This document shows positions 23,927 to 34,507 of a DNA stretch of 44,471 nucleotides, piece after piece. Origin of the DNA: a virus; IMG/VR virus record IMGVR_UViG_3300020325_000001. The stretch is one strand, 5' to 3'. A program made the translations under genes and the position numbers. A model generated the notes under the pieces. It had not been told where the DNA came from and ran no database searches. It saw only the letters and a list, made by a program, of their open reading frames with translations. The first letter of the stretch is position 1, and each line of letters begins with the position of its first letter.

Positions 23927-26488
23927 ATGGCACGTATCCGATATAAATCCTCTGCAAAACGTAGGGGTTTCAATCCACAACAATTGAGTACAGCAGGTAT
24001 TGACCGGATGCGTGAAGAAAGCAACCGGCTTATCCAAGGAATGCGTAATAGGCATCAGGCTGAAGACGAACAGCGTGAACGCGAGCGCCGTGCGTTAGAG
24101 TCAGACCAGGCTTACCAAGAACAGATTACTAAGGAAAATCACGAGATTGAACTTAGGAATCTTCAAATTGAAGCTGAAAGAGAAATTGGAGGTATCAATG
24201 CTAAGATCAAGCAATCTCAAATTGATACTCAAGCTACGATAGATATTCTTGGTAGTATCGCTGATTTTAGTCAATCTGCTGCTAAGTATATAGACTTTAA
24301 GCAAGCCGAGGATATTAAAAACAAACCGGTTGAGCCATATTCTCTTGAAGAAAGAAGAAGGGCACAGGAATTAGAAGCAGAAGCCGGTGTTGTTTTGGAT
24401 GCTAATAATATAGAAGAGTCAATTAGAAGCGGTGAAGACATTAGGTTATCCCTTAAACCTATTGTCACCAACCCCGCCCGTTTGAACAGACATCAACGTC
24501 GGCATGAGGATCTAAGATTTCGCGCATCAGCAGAGGCGTATATAAGGGCAGGTTATAAAAGAGAATTTACAGCTGCAAATGGTAAAACATTTACAGGGTT
24601 GGAAATAGAAAGCAACCCTGAATTAGTAAATGAATTTTACAATCAGCTAGAAGCAGAGATAGTAGCGCACTCCGGTATGGACCGAAGTGATCTACCGGAA
24701 ACTATAGAATATCTTCAGGGTAAGCGGCGTGCTGGTAAAGAATCTGCGCTTAATGCAGCTTTCCAGCAAGATAAAGCTATGTTGGTCGATCAAACTGAAA
24801 CTCTTCTCAGAACCGGCAACCCTGATGATATTGCTTTTGGATATTCAGGTGGTAAAGCTTTAGGCAATGCTAAGATACTTGAGATGATGTCTGCAGTTAT
24901 ATCAGATCCAAATGTATCTGAAGAAAATCGGGAAGCAATTCTTGACTTTGTACTTCCTATAGAAGGTAATACAAAACCTTTTAGGGAATCACATTATGAT
25001 TCACAAGTTGGACCCGCTTTAGCTAAACTAAGGGATAACCAAACTAAGCAAATAAATGCTGAGTTAAAAGCACGCAAAGCTGAAGCTGCAAACTGGGAGC
25101 TACAAAACACTGATACTATTCAAAGTGTAATTGATGATACCCGCAGCCAACCAGAACTAGAAGAAAGAGAAGTTGAACTTAGAAGAGCTTTTCAAAAGCA
25201 ATTCCCAGGTGTAGACTTCCCGTCAACACTTGCAAGCAGATTTTCTACTGCAAAGAAAGGTAATCTAGTAGATATTAGGTCCACTACAGATGAAAAGTTT
25301 AGGAACAAAACAATGGACCTTCCCTATGTCAATAGTATTAGAGATACTACTGAAAAGAAATATGCAAAAGAAAAATTTGAACAGCAGCAAGTAGATCTAT
25401 ACGGTGAAGGTTATAAACCCCTTATGGCAAACATCGATAGCCTTGCTAAAAAAGCAGCTGATTTTAGCTCCACTATTCCAGGTGATACTAACGGAAAAGT
25501 AGAGGCTATTAAAGCAAAAATGCTTCAGTTTGTCAGTGGTGATCATAAATTCAGCCTATCTAAAACAAACAATGCAGATGCTACAAACAAAGCCCTTACA
25601 AATTATGTCGATACTGCTGCCATTCTTGATGGTTCTAATGGAGACCCACAAAATCCCTTTCGTTACAGGGAAGGTCCTAAAGGTAGGGAGTACCTAGAAA
25701 TCGGTGTACCTGATCCTGATGATCAGCAGCACTTGAATTGGGTTCGTAAAAAAATGGCTACCTCTCGAACTTTGGGAGACCTCATTCAAAACAATCCATA
25801 CCTTGTACCTGCCGATCAAATATCAGGGGTATCTAAACAGCAAGAGACAAACCAACCTATTGTATTTGATGATGTAGTGTATTTTCTCTCAAGGCACTAT
25901 AAGAAAAAACCTACTGAAATCCACAATGCAATCGTTAAAAGGGTCAACCAAGTTAGCGGTTCAAACATTCCACTGGTAACACCAAACGATTTTACTGAAC
26001 TGCAAGACAACAGCTCTCCTGAATGGAACAAGCTTATTAGCTCTGGGAACTACCATCAAATAGAAAGAGCAGCAGCAGAGAAATATGGTAACATGCCGGT
26101 ACGTGGTAGTATGCAAACATCTCCTACTGGTGCCCTTACATATACAGGTAACGAACCGATCTATAAAACTGTAGGTACTGTTTTTGAACAGCTTGGTTTT
26201 CAAGTAGGCGAGCATCCTGACTTCGGTGGTACTGCACCTGTTCATGCAGGCAATAGTTATCATAACTATGGTGAGGCATTTGATGTAACACACCAGACTG
26301 GGGACTATGCTGGTTCTATTGAAAAAACAAGAATTTTAAAAGATGCAATTCGGCAGCTTGGTTTATTTGCTGAAGTAATCGGTCCTGGCGATGGTGATCC
26401 AAGGCATGAAACACACCTACATCTTGGCGGTTTGATGCGCCCAATCACGGAAGAAGATATTCAAATACTTAATTCACTTGGAAATTAA
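23927..26488 (+). CDS. Internal core protein (gp15-position) with a C-terminal peptidase M15/LAS peptidoglycan hydrolase motif
   Basis: An 853-aa ORF. The C-terminus carries GNSYHNYGEAFDV (S-x-H-x-x-G-x-A-x-D) and HETHLHLG (H-x-H). Confidence 0.65.
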   Translation: MARIRYKSSAKRRGFNPQQLSTAGIDRMREESNRLIQGMRNRHQAEDEQRERERRALESDQAYQEQITKENHEIELRNLQIEAEREIGGINAKIKQSQIDTQATIDILGSIADFSQSAAKYIDFKQAEDIKNKPVEPYSLEERRRAQELEAEAGVVLDANNIEESIRSGEDIRLSLKPIVTNPARLNRHQRRHEDLRFRASAEAYIRAGYKREFTAANGKTFTGLEIESNPELVNEFYNQLEAEIVAHSGMDRSDLPETIEYLQGKRRAGKESALNAAFQQDKAMLVDQTETLLRTGNPDDIAFGYSGGKALGNAKILEMMSAVISDPNVSEENREAILDFVLPIEGNTKPFRESHYDSQVGPALAKLRDNQTKQINAELKARKAEAANWELQNTDTIQSVIDDTRSQPELEEREVELRRAFQKQFPGVDFPSTLASRFSTAKKGNLVDIRSTTDEKFRNKTMDLPYVNSIRDTTEKKYAKEKFEQQQVDLYGEGYKPLMANIDSLAKKAADFSSTIPGDTNGKVEAIKAKMLQFVSGDHKFSLSKTNNADATNKALTNYVDTAAILDGSNGDPQNPFRYREGPKGREYLEIGVPDPDDQQHLNWVRKKMATSRTLGDLIQNNPYLVPADQISGVSKQQETNQPIVFDDVVYFLSRHYKKKPTEIHNAIVKRVNQVSGSNIPLVTPNDFTELQDNSSPEWNKLISSGNYHQIERAAAEKYGNMPVRGSMQTSPTGALTYTGNEPIYKTVGTVFEQLGFQVGEHPDFGGTAPVHAGNSYHNYGEAFDVTHQTGDYAGSIEKTRILKDAIRQLGLFAEVIGPGDGDPRHETHLHLGGLMRPITEEDIQILNSLGN

Positions 26489-26500
26489 CAGAAAAACAAA

Positions 26501-29500
26501 ATGACAGATCCCTCAGAATACTCAACCATAGGTGAGGATTTTGTGTTGGATGAGCAAGAACAACAGGCAACACTTTCTGATGAGCAAGTTGAAGCATTTC
26601 AACAGCAACCAGAAGTAACGCCTGTTGACCTTGTTCAGCAAGATACACAACCTGCTACGGCAGCGCAACCTACACCAGTTGAAACTGAGTCTCAGCCTAC
26701 GGGCGAGCAATCAGAAAGAGAACCTGCTAAGCTTTTTGATTTTTCAAACTTTACTTATTTTGGTCAACCCATTGCGGAAACCAATCAACAAGTAAAAGAA
26801 CGTCTTAGTGCACCAGGGCAAGGTATCATCGACACTGCTGTTGATGGTATTAATTTCTTGCTGCAGAAGACAGGTGTTCAAATCCCAAAAGCAACTAAAT
26901 ATGAAGACGAGGTAGCGGAAGCTACCCGTAAGATTTCCTCAGTTGTCCTACCTACTGTACTAACTCAAGGTGCATATTCAGGTGTGGCAGCTCGGGCACA
27001 GACTGCTAGCGTTGCTAGACTAGGACAAGCGAATAAAATCAACCAACTTGGAAACACTGCTTTCATGAAGTTTGTTGGTAATCGTGGTATTGAATCTGCA
27101 GCAGCAGTTACTGTTGGTGCTGTGACTACAGAGTATGAGACAGATGATAACCTGTCTGGTATGTTAAAAAAATCATGGCCTAAAACATACGACTTTATCC
27201 CAGACAATTGGGCTACCCTTGATGGTGATGCGCCAGATCTTAAAAGGCAAAAGAACATTAACGAAGATTTGGCTCTTGGATTTTTGATTCCATTAGTTGG
27301 GTTTGCTGGTAAAACTAAGGCTGCTATTTCTGAAGTCAAAGATCTTTACAGAACTCCGCCGACTCTTGTAGGTGAATCGGATCAAGCCGTTAAATACCTA
27401 GCCGATAACAGACCGAAACCTGTTAGTGATGTACCTGAAGAAGCTTTACTTCAATACCAGGTTAAGCAGGAAGAGGCACTGGATGAGCTTGGTTATTACA
27501 ATGCAAGTAAATCGACAGATCCTAACATCCCTCTTAAAGGTGTTCATGACTTGTACGAATTCCGTGAAACCGGTCTACGTACTGTAGATGACTTTGGTAT
27601 TGTTGGAGCTAGTATTGATGCTGCTCGTATTCAAGGCAACAAAGGTACTGTTCATGGACGCCTTGGTAACTTCATTAGTGGTCCTGCACTTAAGTATGGT
27701 GCAGAAACTCCTGGTGGTGTAGAAGAGATTACCATTGGCTTGACACAACAGCTTAAAGAAGCTGATCGTGTCGGTATGGTTGCTGATGATTTTGCTGTAT
27801 CTGCAGATGAAGTAGCAGCAGCTGGTGACAACCTTGTTCTAGAACTATTCGATCCGTCTGCTAGTATTGACGACATGCGTCGGATGCTTGAACCCCAAAC
27901 TGTCACAAACGAAGCGGGTGTTGAAGTCCTTACTACTGGTGGTTATGCTGATGCACTTGGTTCTATCAGTACCTTGGTAAAAGAATATCAAGGCATGGAT
28001 GTTGCACGTGCTCAGGCTTATACTGCAACGTCTATGGCTGGTCAAATCGCTGACCTTGCTGAAGGTATGCGCCTTAACCGTGGTTCTATTTCTATTGAGA
28101 ACGCTCAAGAACAGATTCTAGATAAGATTAATTTCTTGCAGCAACTGGTAGGCTCTACCCGTTATTTTACTACTCAAAATAAAGCACTAAACTCTTCTCT
28201 ACAATTTATCAGGCAACAGCTTCCTGAACCTCTTAAAGGGGTTATCAGATCTCCTGAGCAAATTGTTCAAGATATTAAAAATAATTACCCTGTTGCGCTT
28301 CGTAAATTCCAAACTGATAGTGAAAACTTTACTGACAGTTGGATGTATTTGCAGGAGAATCGTCCCGACATTCTAGATTCATTTCTTGAGTTGTATGAAT
28401 TAAGTGATGGTAGAATCAATACCATTGCAAAGATGAATGATGACATTCTGAAAAGCTTTACAAACTTCCGTCCTATCTTCGATCCTAATCCTGATCAACC
28501 TAATCTCATTGCACAAGCTGTAAGAGCTAACTGGTTTAACGGTCTTTTGTCTGCACCTGCTACTGCCGCCAAGGCTATATACGGTAACATTAGTGGTGTT
28601 GTAGCTGAACCTGTTGCATACTTTGCAGGTGCTTTGGCAAGTGGTGATATGAAATCACTGCAACGTGGTTGGATGGCTTACAGTGCTGTATTCGATACAC
28701 AGCAAAAAGCACTTCCTTATGCTGGTAAGTTGTTTGCAAAAGCATCACAAAACCCCAACTCAGTTAAGGGTCAGTCTCGTTTGGACCTTGTAATTAAACA
28801 AGAGGAAAAACTAGAACAGTACCGTTATATTGCAGAACAGGAAGCTGATCGTGGTAATCATGGTTTTAAATTCCTCGTCAAGGTATATGAAGAACAGTTA
28901 GGCATGGCTGCTGACCCTGTTTTCCGATTAACTCCAAACCTATTTACTGGTTTTGACGGTTGGGGTGGTGCTACTTTAGCTAATGCTCAGGCACGTTTCC
29001 GTGCAATGGATGAGCTTGAAAGGCTAGGAGAAGCAGCTACACCAGAACGTATTAAAGAACTGGCTACAGGTGAATACAACAGCATGTTTGGTGCTGACGG
29101 TCTTATTAAAGATAAAGTCGTTAAGTATCAAAACGCTGATATTGCACTCAACCTTGACACTGGTCTTAGTAAAATGGTCGATGGTCTTCTTAAAACCATT
29201 CCCGGACTAACTCCATTCCTCACGTTCCCTACAACGATGATGAATCTGGTTAGGGTTGCTGATGACTACCTACCAGTACCTTTGCGTAGTTTCCAAAAAG
29301 ACGTTAATGAACTAGCATATACGTCTGTCAAAACGTTTATGGCAAATCCTGAATCTATTGAGCGTATCCTTTCTAGTCGTGGGCATAATGTTGCTCAAAT
29401 GGATGACGTTGCTAAACTCAATGCTTTGGTTGATTTGAAAAACCGTACACTTGGACGTAAATATATCGGTACTTTCCTAACATCTTTGGCAATTGGTAGT

Positions 29501-30550
29501 GCAATTAAAGACAAACTGTTTGGTGATGGTTTGTTTAGCATGACTGGTGATGGATCTATTGACCGCCAGTTAAACACTGCAAGGATGAAAAATAGTAACT
29601 TTAAACCACGTTCAGTTATTGGTCCTGGTGGTCGGCGGTTTGAATACAATGAACTGCTTGGTCCTGGTCTGAGTAACTGGGTTGCAATGGTTGCTAACGT
29701 AGCAGATAACTTCGACATGCTTGGTGAAGCAGCAACTGAACATGCTTTTGAAAAGCTTGCTTTTATCATGGGTGCTGCCTTGACTGATCAGGCAGGTATT
29801 TCAGCATTGCGTCCGTTGGTTGAGGTTATGAGTGGCAATGAATTTGCTGCCAATCGTTGGACTGGTGGGATGATTAACTCTTTAGGCCCTCTATCTGGTA
29901 TGCGCAATGAGTTTGGTAAAATCCTTGATGGCGGTTTGAAAGAACTTAATAATGACATTCAAAGTCATTTGCAAAACCGAAACAGGATAATTGGTCTATT
30001 CGACCCGGCAAACAGATTGCCTACTGTTGTCAGCCCTATTAGTGGTGAAGCCCCTAATAAATACAGTATGATGCAACGTATCTACAATACATACTCCCCT
30101 ATGAAAATCCATCCAGCTATGAGTAAGGAGGAGAAATTCTTGTATGATATTCAATATGATGTATCTTCTGCATTTAGAAAACGTAATGGTGTAGATCTAA
30201 CAGCAGAAGAACGTAATGCATTGAACGTTGAAATGGGCGAGATGAAATTCTTTAAACAAGAAATTAACCGTATCGCTAACACAGCTGAAGCTCGTAATAC
30301 AATTAAGGAGTTGAAAGTTTTGCGTCGTTCTGGAGTTACATCAGAAGAGCTAGATATTGGTTTGTATGACCAAATCCATATGATGCTTCGAGATGCACAA
30401 AAACGAGCAGAAGAACTTGCTTTTAATAATTTAGAGCCTGAAACTCGTAACGCTATTGAACAGCGTATTCTTCTTAAACAGATGAATGATTCACGAGCTA
30501 TGGCTGGTAAAGCACCAATCCCTACACCTAGACCCACACATCGTTATTAA
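26501..30550 (+). CDS. Large internal core / ejection protein (gp16-position)
   Basis: A 1349-aa ORF between the gp15-position and tail fiber genes, with an acidic low-complexity N-terminus. Confidence 0.65.
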   Translation: MTDPSEYSTIGEDFVLDEQEQQATLSDEQVEAFQQQPEVTPVDLVQQDTQPATAAQPTPVETESQPTGEQSEREPAKLFDFSNFTYFGQPIAETNQQVKERLSAPGQGIIDTAVDGINFLLQKTGVQIPKATKYEDEVAEATRKISSVVLPTVLTQGAYSGVAARAQTASVARLGQANKINQLGNTAFMKFVGNRGIESAAAVTVGAVTTEYETDDNLSGMLKKSWPKTYDFIPDNWATLDGDAPDLKRQKNINEDLALGFLIPLVGFAGKTKAAISEVKDLYRTPPTLVGESDQAVKYLADNRPKPVSDVPEEALLQYQVKQEEALDELGYYNASKSTDPNIPLKGVHDLYEFRETGLRTVDDFGIVGASIDAARIQGNKGTVHGRLGNFISGPALKYGAETPGGVEEITIGLTQQLKEADRVGMVADDFAVSADEVAAAGDNLVLELFDPSASIDDMRRMLEPQTVTNEAGVEVLTTGGYADALGSISTLVKEYQGMDVARAQAYTATSMAGQIADLAEGMRLNRGSISIENAQEQILDKINFLQQLVGSTRYFTTQNKALNSSLQFIRQQLPEPLKGVIRSPEQIVQDIKNNYPVALRKFQTDSENFTDSWMYLQENRPDILDSFLELYELSDGRINTIAKMNDDILKSFTNFRPIFDPNPDQPNLIAQAVRANWFNGLLSAPATAAKAIYGNISGVVAEPVAYFAGALASGDMKSLQRGWMAYSAVFDTQQKALPYAGKLFAKASQNPNSVKGQSRLDLVIKQEEKLEQYRYIAEQEADRGNHGFKFLVKVYEEQLGMAADPVFRLTPNLFTGFDGWGGATLANAQARFRAMDELERLGEAATPERIKELATGEYNSMFGADGLIKDKVVKYQNADIALNLDTGLSKMVDGLLKTIPGLTPFLTFPTTMMNLVRVADDYLPVPLRSFQKDVNELAYTSVKTFMANPESIERILSSRGHNVAQMDDVAKLNALVDLKNRTLGRKYIGTFLTSLAIGSAIKDKLFGDGLFSMTGDGSIDRQLNTARMKNSNFKPRSVIGPGGRRFEYNELLGPGLSNWVAMVANVADNFDMLGEAATEHAFEKLAFIMGAALTDQAGISALRPLVEVMSGNEFAANRWTGGMINSLGPLSGMRNEFGKILDGGLKELNNDIQSHLQNRNRIIGLFDPANRLPTVVSPISGEAPNKYSMMQRIYNTYSPMKIHPAMSKEEKFLYDIQYDVSSAFRKRNGVDLTAEERNALNVEMGEMKFFKQEINRIANTAEARNTIKELKVLRRSGVTSEELDIGLYDQIHMMLRDAQKRAEELAFNNLEPETRNAIEQRILLKQMNDSRAMAGKAPIPTPRPTHRY

Positions 30551-30555
30551 ACAAC

Positions 30556-33500
30556 ATGGCGTGCACTGACGTACAAACAATTCAAGCTGGAAACGGGACA
30601 AAAACACAATTCTCTTTTGACTTCCCGTATATTTTTAAATCTGAAATCCACGTTTATTTTTGGAACGCGGTAACAAAAGAATACGACGAAAAACTTACGA
30701 CAGATAGCACCTATCCTTGGCGCATTACTGATGCTAACCCTACCATTGTAGAGTTTACGGGTGATGCGCCCCCGTCTCCAGCCACCCCTGTTGACCCTAA
30801 TGAGTCTACTGTTGACAACGTTAAGATCCGGCGGATCACTAAGGTTGACGACATCCGTGCTCTGTTTAACCCTGGTTCAGCCATCCGTTCTGATGACCTG
30901 AACAAGAACTTTGAGCAGCTTCGTTATGCTGTTCAGGAGTCTAATTGTCAAGGTATTCCTGATGATGTCGATCAATATCTGAAAGATTATTATTGGGATA
31001 ACTTTGACGAAACTGTTTATTCTACTGAAACCTGGGTTAGTAGTGATGCAAAGATTGCTACTACTGCTGCGATGGATCAGCGGTTTCAGGATGAAGCAAC
31101 AGAAACTATTACAAGCACTGAAACTTGGGCAAACAATGATGATACAATAGCTACTACAAAAGCTATTGACAATCGTATTAATGATGCTTTAGACAACAAC
31201 GTTTCTGTTACTAACGGTCTTACTTATACATCTACTGACGGTAATGCTAGTATCGGTATTGGTTCTGGTCAAGTCAATCTTGATCGTTTGAATCCTGCTG
31301 ATGTTATTACCTCATCAGAATCTAACCCTAACGACGATATTACTATTGCTACCACAGCTAAAATCGATGATATGATCGATGAGGCTATTACTAATGATAT
31401 TGGTACAGATGGTACTGGTATTACTGTAACTGATGATAACGATGGTACTATTACTCTCGGTATTGCTGACGGTTCTGTCGATCTTGATAAGATTAAGGAC
31501 GACGATAAGATTAGCTATGCTGAGCAGAATGCTGGTTCTCCAGCCCCTGCTGATAACAATATCTTTACTGCATCGGCTGCGGCTCAACGTTTTGACACCC
31601 TTGTTCAAACTACTACTCCTGCTGGTTCAGATTGGGAGATTGGTAAGACCTGGTTGCAGAATGATGATGATCAGACTCTTAAGGTTTGGAACGGTTCTGC
31701 CTGGCTAGATGTTGCTTCTGGCGGTTCATTCCGTACACAAGATAAAGTCATTTACGTTGATGCTGCTGGTGGTGATGACTCTAAAACTGGTCATCGTATT
31801 AGTGGTCCTAAACTGACTATTAAAGGTGCTATCAACGATATTAACGCTGATATTGCAGTTTCTACAGAATCGTCTGATGGATTTAACGGTGGTAGTGGTT
31901 ACACTGACGGCGAATACATAAGTGTAGCACTGACAGGTGGTACAACAGGCTCAGGTTTGACAGCAAATATTACAGTTTCTGGTGGTGCTGTTACTGCTGT
32001 AACCAGTGTTTCTAACGCTACGCTTCAGGAATATCAAATTGGTGACGTACTATCTGCCTCTGATTCTAATCTTGGTGGTGGTGGTGGATCTGGTTTGCAA
32101 ATCCCTGTTATTGGCGGTGGTGATGGTATGACCGTCATTGTTGCTGCTGGTGTCTACCAGGAAGTTGCACCTATTCAGATCAAACGTCGTAATGTATCCA
32201 TTATTGGTATGGCATTGCGTAGCACTATTGTACATCCTACAGTTGCTACTCAAGGCGATCATGCTGATGGTAACAATGCATTGTTTGAACTAAACAGTGG
32301 TTCGTTTATCCAAAACCTGACGTTGACTGGTATGCAAGCCAGTAGCTCCGGTACTAATACTTTGGACTCAGTTCTACCCACACGTCAAGGTTGGAACTTT
32401 GCACTTTATAACAACTGTTATCTTTCTAAATCTCCTTACATCCAGAATTGTACTAACTTTTCTGACAGTGAGATTGATAACAATGATCTCCGTGCTCACC
32501 GTCCGCGTGGTGGTACTGCTGGTGACACTGATTCTGCACCTACTGGTGGCGGTATGCTTATTGACGGTTCTGTACCGAAAACTACAAGCCCGCTCCGGTC
32601 AATGGTTGCAGACAGCTACACCCATGTTGGTCTGAATGGTCCTGGCATCCTTGTTACTAACAACGGTTATGCACAGTGCACCTCTAGCTATGCTTTCTTT
32701 AACAAGTACCACATCAAAACTTTGAATGGTGGTCAAGCTAACCTGGCTGCGTCTACTACTGACTTTGGCGATGAGGGATTGGTTGCAAATGGTAAATCTA
32801 CTACTAACATTTTTACTGCTAATTGTGTAACTCAAGCTAACGTTAATGATACTACTATTCGTGTTAGTAACGGTGTGGCTGATGCTTCCTGGCATGGTAC
32901 TAAAACACGACCAGGTACTAACATGCTGTTGACGGTTAATAGTGGTGCTCAAATTTACCCAATCACTAATACTGTTCCTCAAGATCAATCAACTTATGAT
33001 GCTAACCCGAGCGGCTATACTGGTGATTGGATTGTAACAATTAGCCGTCCTAATACAAGCAACCGAAGCGAAAATTTAGGATTTAGTGCTCAAGTTAATA
33101 CCGGCACTAATAACGTTCAATTCTTTCTACGTTCTATGATCGCTTCTAGCGGTCACACGATGGAATACGTCGGTAGTGGTACTAATTACAATGCACTGCC
33201 TGAAAATGGTGGTGTCCCTGTAGAAGATAATCAGGTTGTTGAAAGTAACGATGGTAAGGTGTGGACTGCTACAACAGATCACAACGGTAAGTTTTCCGTT
33301 GGTGATTTCTTCCAAGTAGACCAACGTACGGGCTTTGTGTCGTTTAGCGGAGGTTCTGTTGCCTTTGACGTTGTAACCGACACTACACCTCAACTTGGTG
33401 GTCAACTGGATGCACAAACTAATAAGATTGTCAACCTTGATGACCCTACTAGCGCACAAGATGCTGCTACCAAAGCATATGTAGACGATAATGCAGGTGG

Positions 33501-34158
33501 TGGAAATGTTGTAGATGATACTGCACCTCAACTTGGTGGCGATCTGGATGTTAATGGCAATTCAATTGTTAGTGTGTCAAATAATGACATTACTATCAAT
33601 CCGGATGGTACTGGTTCTATTATATTAGACGGTCTTTCTGTAAATAATCTTACTCTTGGTACTGCAGGTTCGACCGATTTAGTTCTCAATCCAGGCCTAA
33701 ACATTAAGTTGGCACGTCCTGTTATCAGTGACCCCAACGTTGATCTTACTTTTAACGCACAAGGTAGTGGTAACATCAATGTAAGCTCTAATCGTATTAC
33801 AAATGTTTCCGACCCTACTGGTGCACAAGATGCTGCTACTAAAGCTTATGCTGACACTAAAATAGCTCTTGCTGGTGGTACATTTACTGGTTCTGTTTCT
33901 TTTGACGATAACGTTGTTATTAAAGGCGATAGTACAAATGGTTCAGGTAAACTGACCCTTAATTGTGAGAACAACACACACGGAGTAAATATTAAAGGTC
34001 CACCACATAGTGCTGGTGCAACTTACACACTTACTCTACCCAATACGTCAGGTGCTCCTGGTCAAGTGATGTCTCTTGCTGACAACTCGGGTACTTTGAC
34101 TTTTACAACACCTTCTTCAGGTGGTGTTTCTATTGGACTAGCTATTGCTCTTGGTTAA
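30556..34158 (+). CDS. Tail fiber / tailspike (gp17-like N-terminal adaptor, beta-helix centre, repeat-rich distal part)
   Basis: The N-terminus QAGNGTKTQFSFDFPYIFKSEIHVYF is T7 gp17-like. VIYVDAAGGDDSKTGHRISGPKLTIKGAIN and GMTVIVAAGVYQEVAPIQIKRRNVSIIG are typical of right-handed beta-helix proteins. The motif DP(T)(S/G)AQDAATKAY(V/A)D occurs twice. Confidence 0.85.
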   Translation: MACTDVQTIQAGNGTKTQFSFDFPYIFKSEIHVYFWNAVTKEYDEKLTTDSTYPWRITDANPTIVEFTGDAPPSPATPVDPNESTVDNVKIRRITKVDDIRALFNPGSAIRSDDLNKNFEQLRYAVQESNCQGIPDDVDQYLKDYYWDNFDETVYSTETWVSSDAKIATTAAMDQRFQDEATETITSTETWANNDDTIATTKAIDNRINDALDNNVSVTNGLTYTSTDGNASIGIGSGQVNLDRLNPADVITSSESNPNDDITIATTAKIDDMIDEAITNDIGTDGTGITVTDDNDGTITLGIADGSVDLDKIKDDDKISYAEQNAGSPAPADNNIFTASAAAQRFDTLVQTTTPAGSDWEIGKTWLQNDDDQTLKVWNGSAWLDVASGGSFRTQDKVIYVDAAGGDDSKTGHRISGPKLTIKGAINDINADIAVSTESSDGFNGGSGYTDGEYISVALTGGTTGSGLTANITVSGGAVTAVTSVSNATLQEYQIGDVLSASDSNLGGGGGSGLQIPVIGGGDGMTVIVAAGVYQEVAPIQIKRRNVSIIGMALRSTIVHPTVATQGDHADGNNALFELNSGSFIQNLTLTGMQASSSGTNTLDSVLPTRQGWNFALYNNCYLSKSPYIQNCTNFSDSEIDNNDLRAHRPRGGTAGDTDSAPTGGGMLIDGSVPKTTSPLRSMVADSYTHVGLNGPGILVTNNGYAQCTSSYAFFNKYHIKTLNGGQANLAASTTDFGDEGLVANGKSTTNIFTANCVTQANVNDTTIRVSNGVADASWHGTKTRPGTNMLLTVNSGAQIYPITNTVPQDQSTYDANPSGYTGDWIVTISRPNTSNRSENLGFSAQVNTGTNNVQFFLRSMIASSGHTMEYVGSGTNYNALPENGGVPVEDNQVVESNDGKVWTATTDHNGKFSVGDFFQVDQRTGFVSFSGGSVAFDVVTDTTPQLGGQLDAQTNKIVNLDDPTSAQDAATKAYVDDNAGGGNVVDDTAPQLGGDLDVNGNSIVSVSNNDITINPDGTGSIILDGLSVNNLTLGTAGSTDLVLNPGLNIKLARPVISDPNVDLTFNAQGSGNINVSSNRITNVSDPTGAQDAATKAYADTKIALAGGTFTGSVSFDDNVVIKGDSTNGSGKLTLNCENNTHGVNIKGPPHSAGATYTLTLPNTSGAPGQVMSLADNSGTLTFTTPSSGGVSIGLAIALG

Positions 34159-34171
34159 TTTTTAATTTATT

Positions 34172-34507
34172 ATGGCTGAAACTTTTAATAATCAAAGTAC
34201 ACAACTTTCAAGTACCAGTGAAACCACTGTTTACAGTGCTCCGACAAGTTCAGGTGATGTTGCTATTGTCCTGAGTATCATGGTTTCCAATGTTGATGGT
34301 ACAAATGACTGCAAAGCTGACGTTAGAATTACTGACGCCAGCAACACTCTTCAAAGCCGTCTTGTTAAGGATCTGACTGTTCCTGCTGGAGCTTCTATTG
34401 AAGTTATTGTTAATAAAGTTGTCCTTAAAGCTTCTCAGCTAATTAGGGCAACTGCTGAAAATGCTAATGATCTTGACATTACTGTTAGTGCATTGGAGAT
34501 TACTTAA
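34172..34507 (+). CDS. Hypothetical structural-region protein (111 aa)
   Basis: Track ORF directly after the tail fiber gene, coupled to the next ORF through a TAATG overlap. Confidence 0.55.
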   Translation: MAETFNNQSTQLSSTSETTVYSAPTSSGDVAIVLSIMVSNVDGTNDCKADVRITDASNTLQSRLVKDLTVPAGASIEVIVNKVVLKASQLIRATAENANDLDITVSALEIT

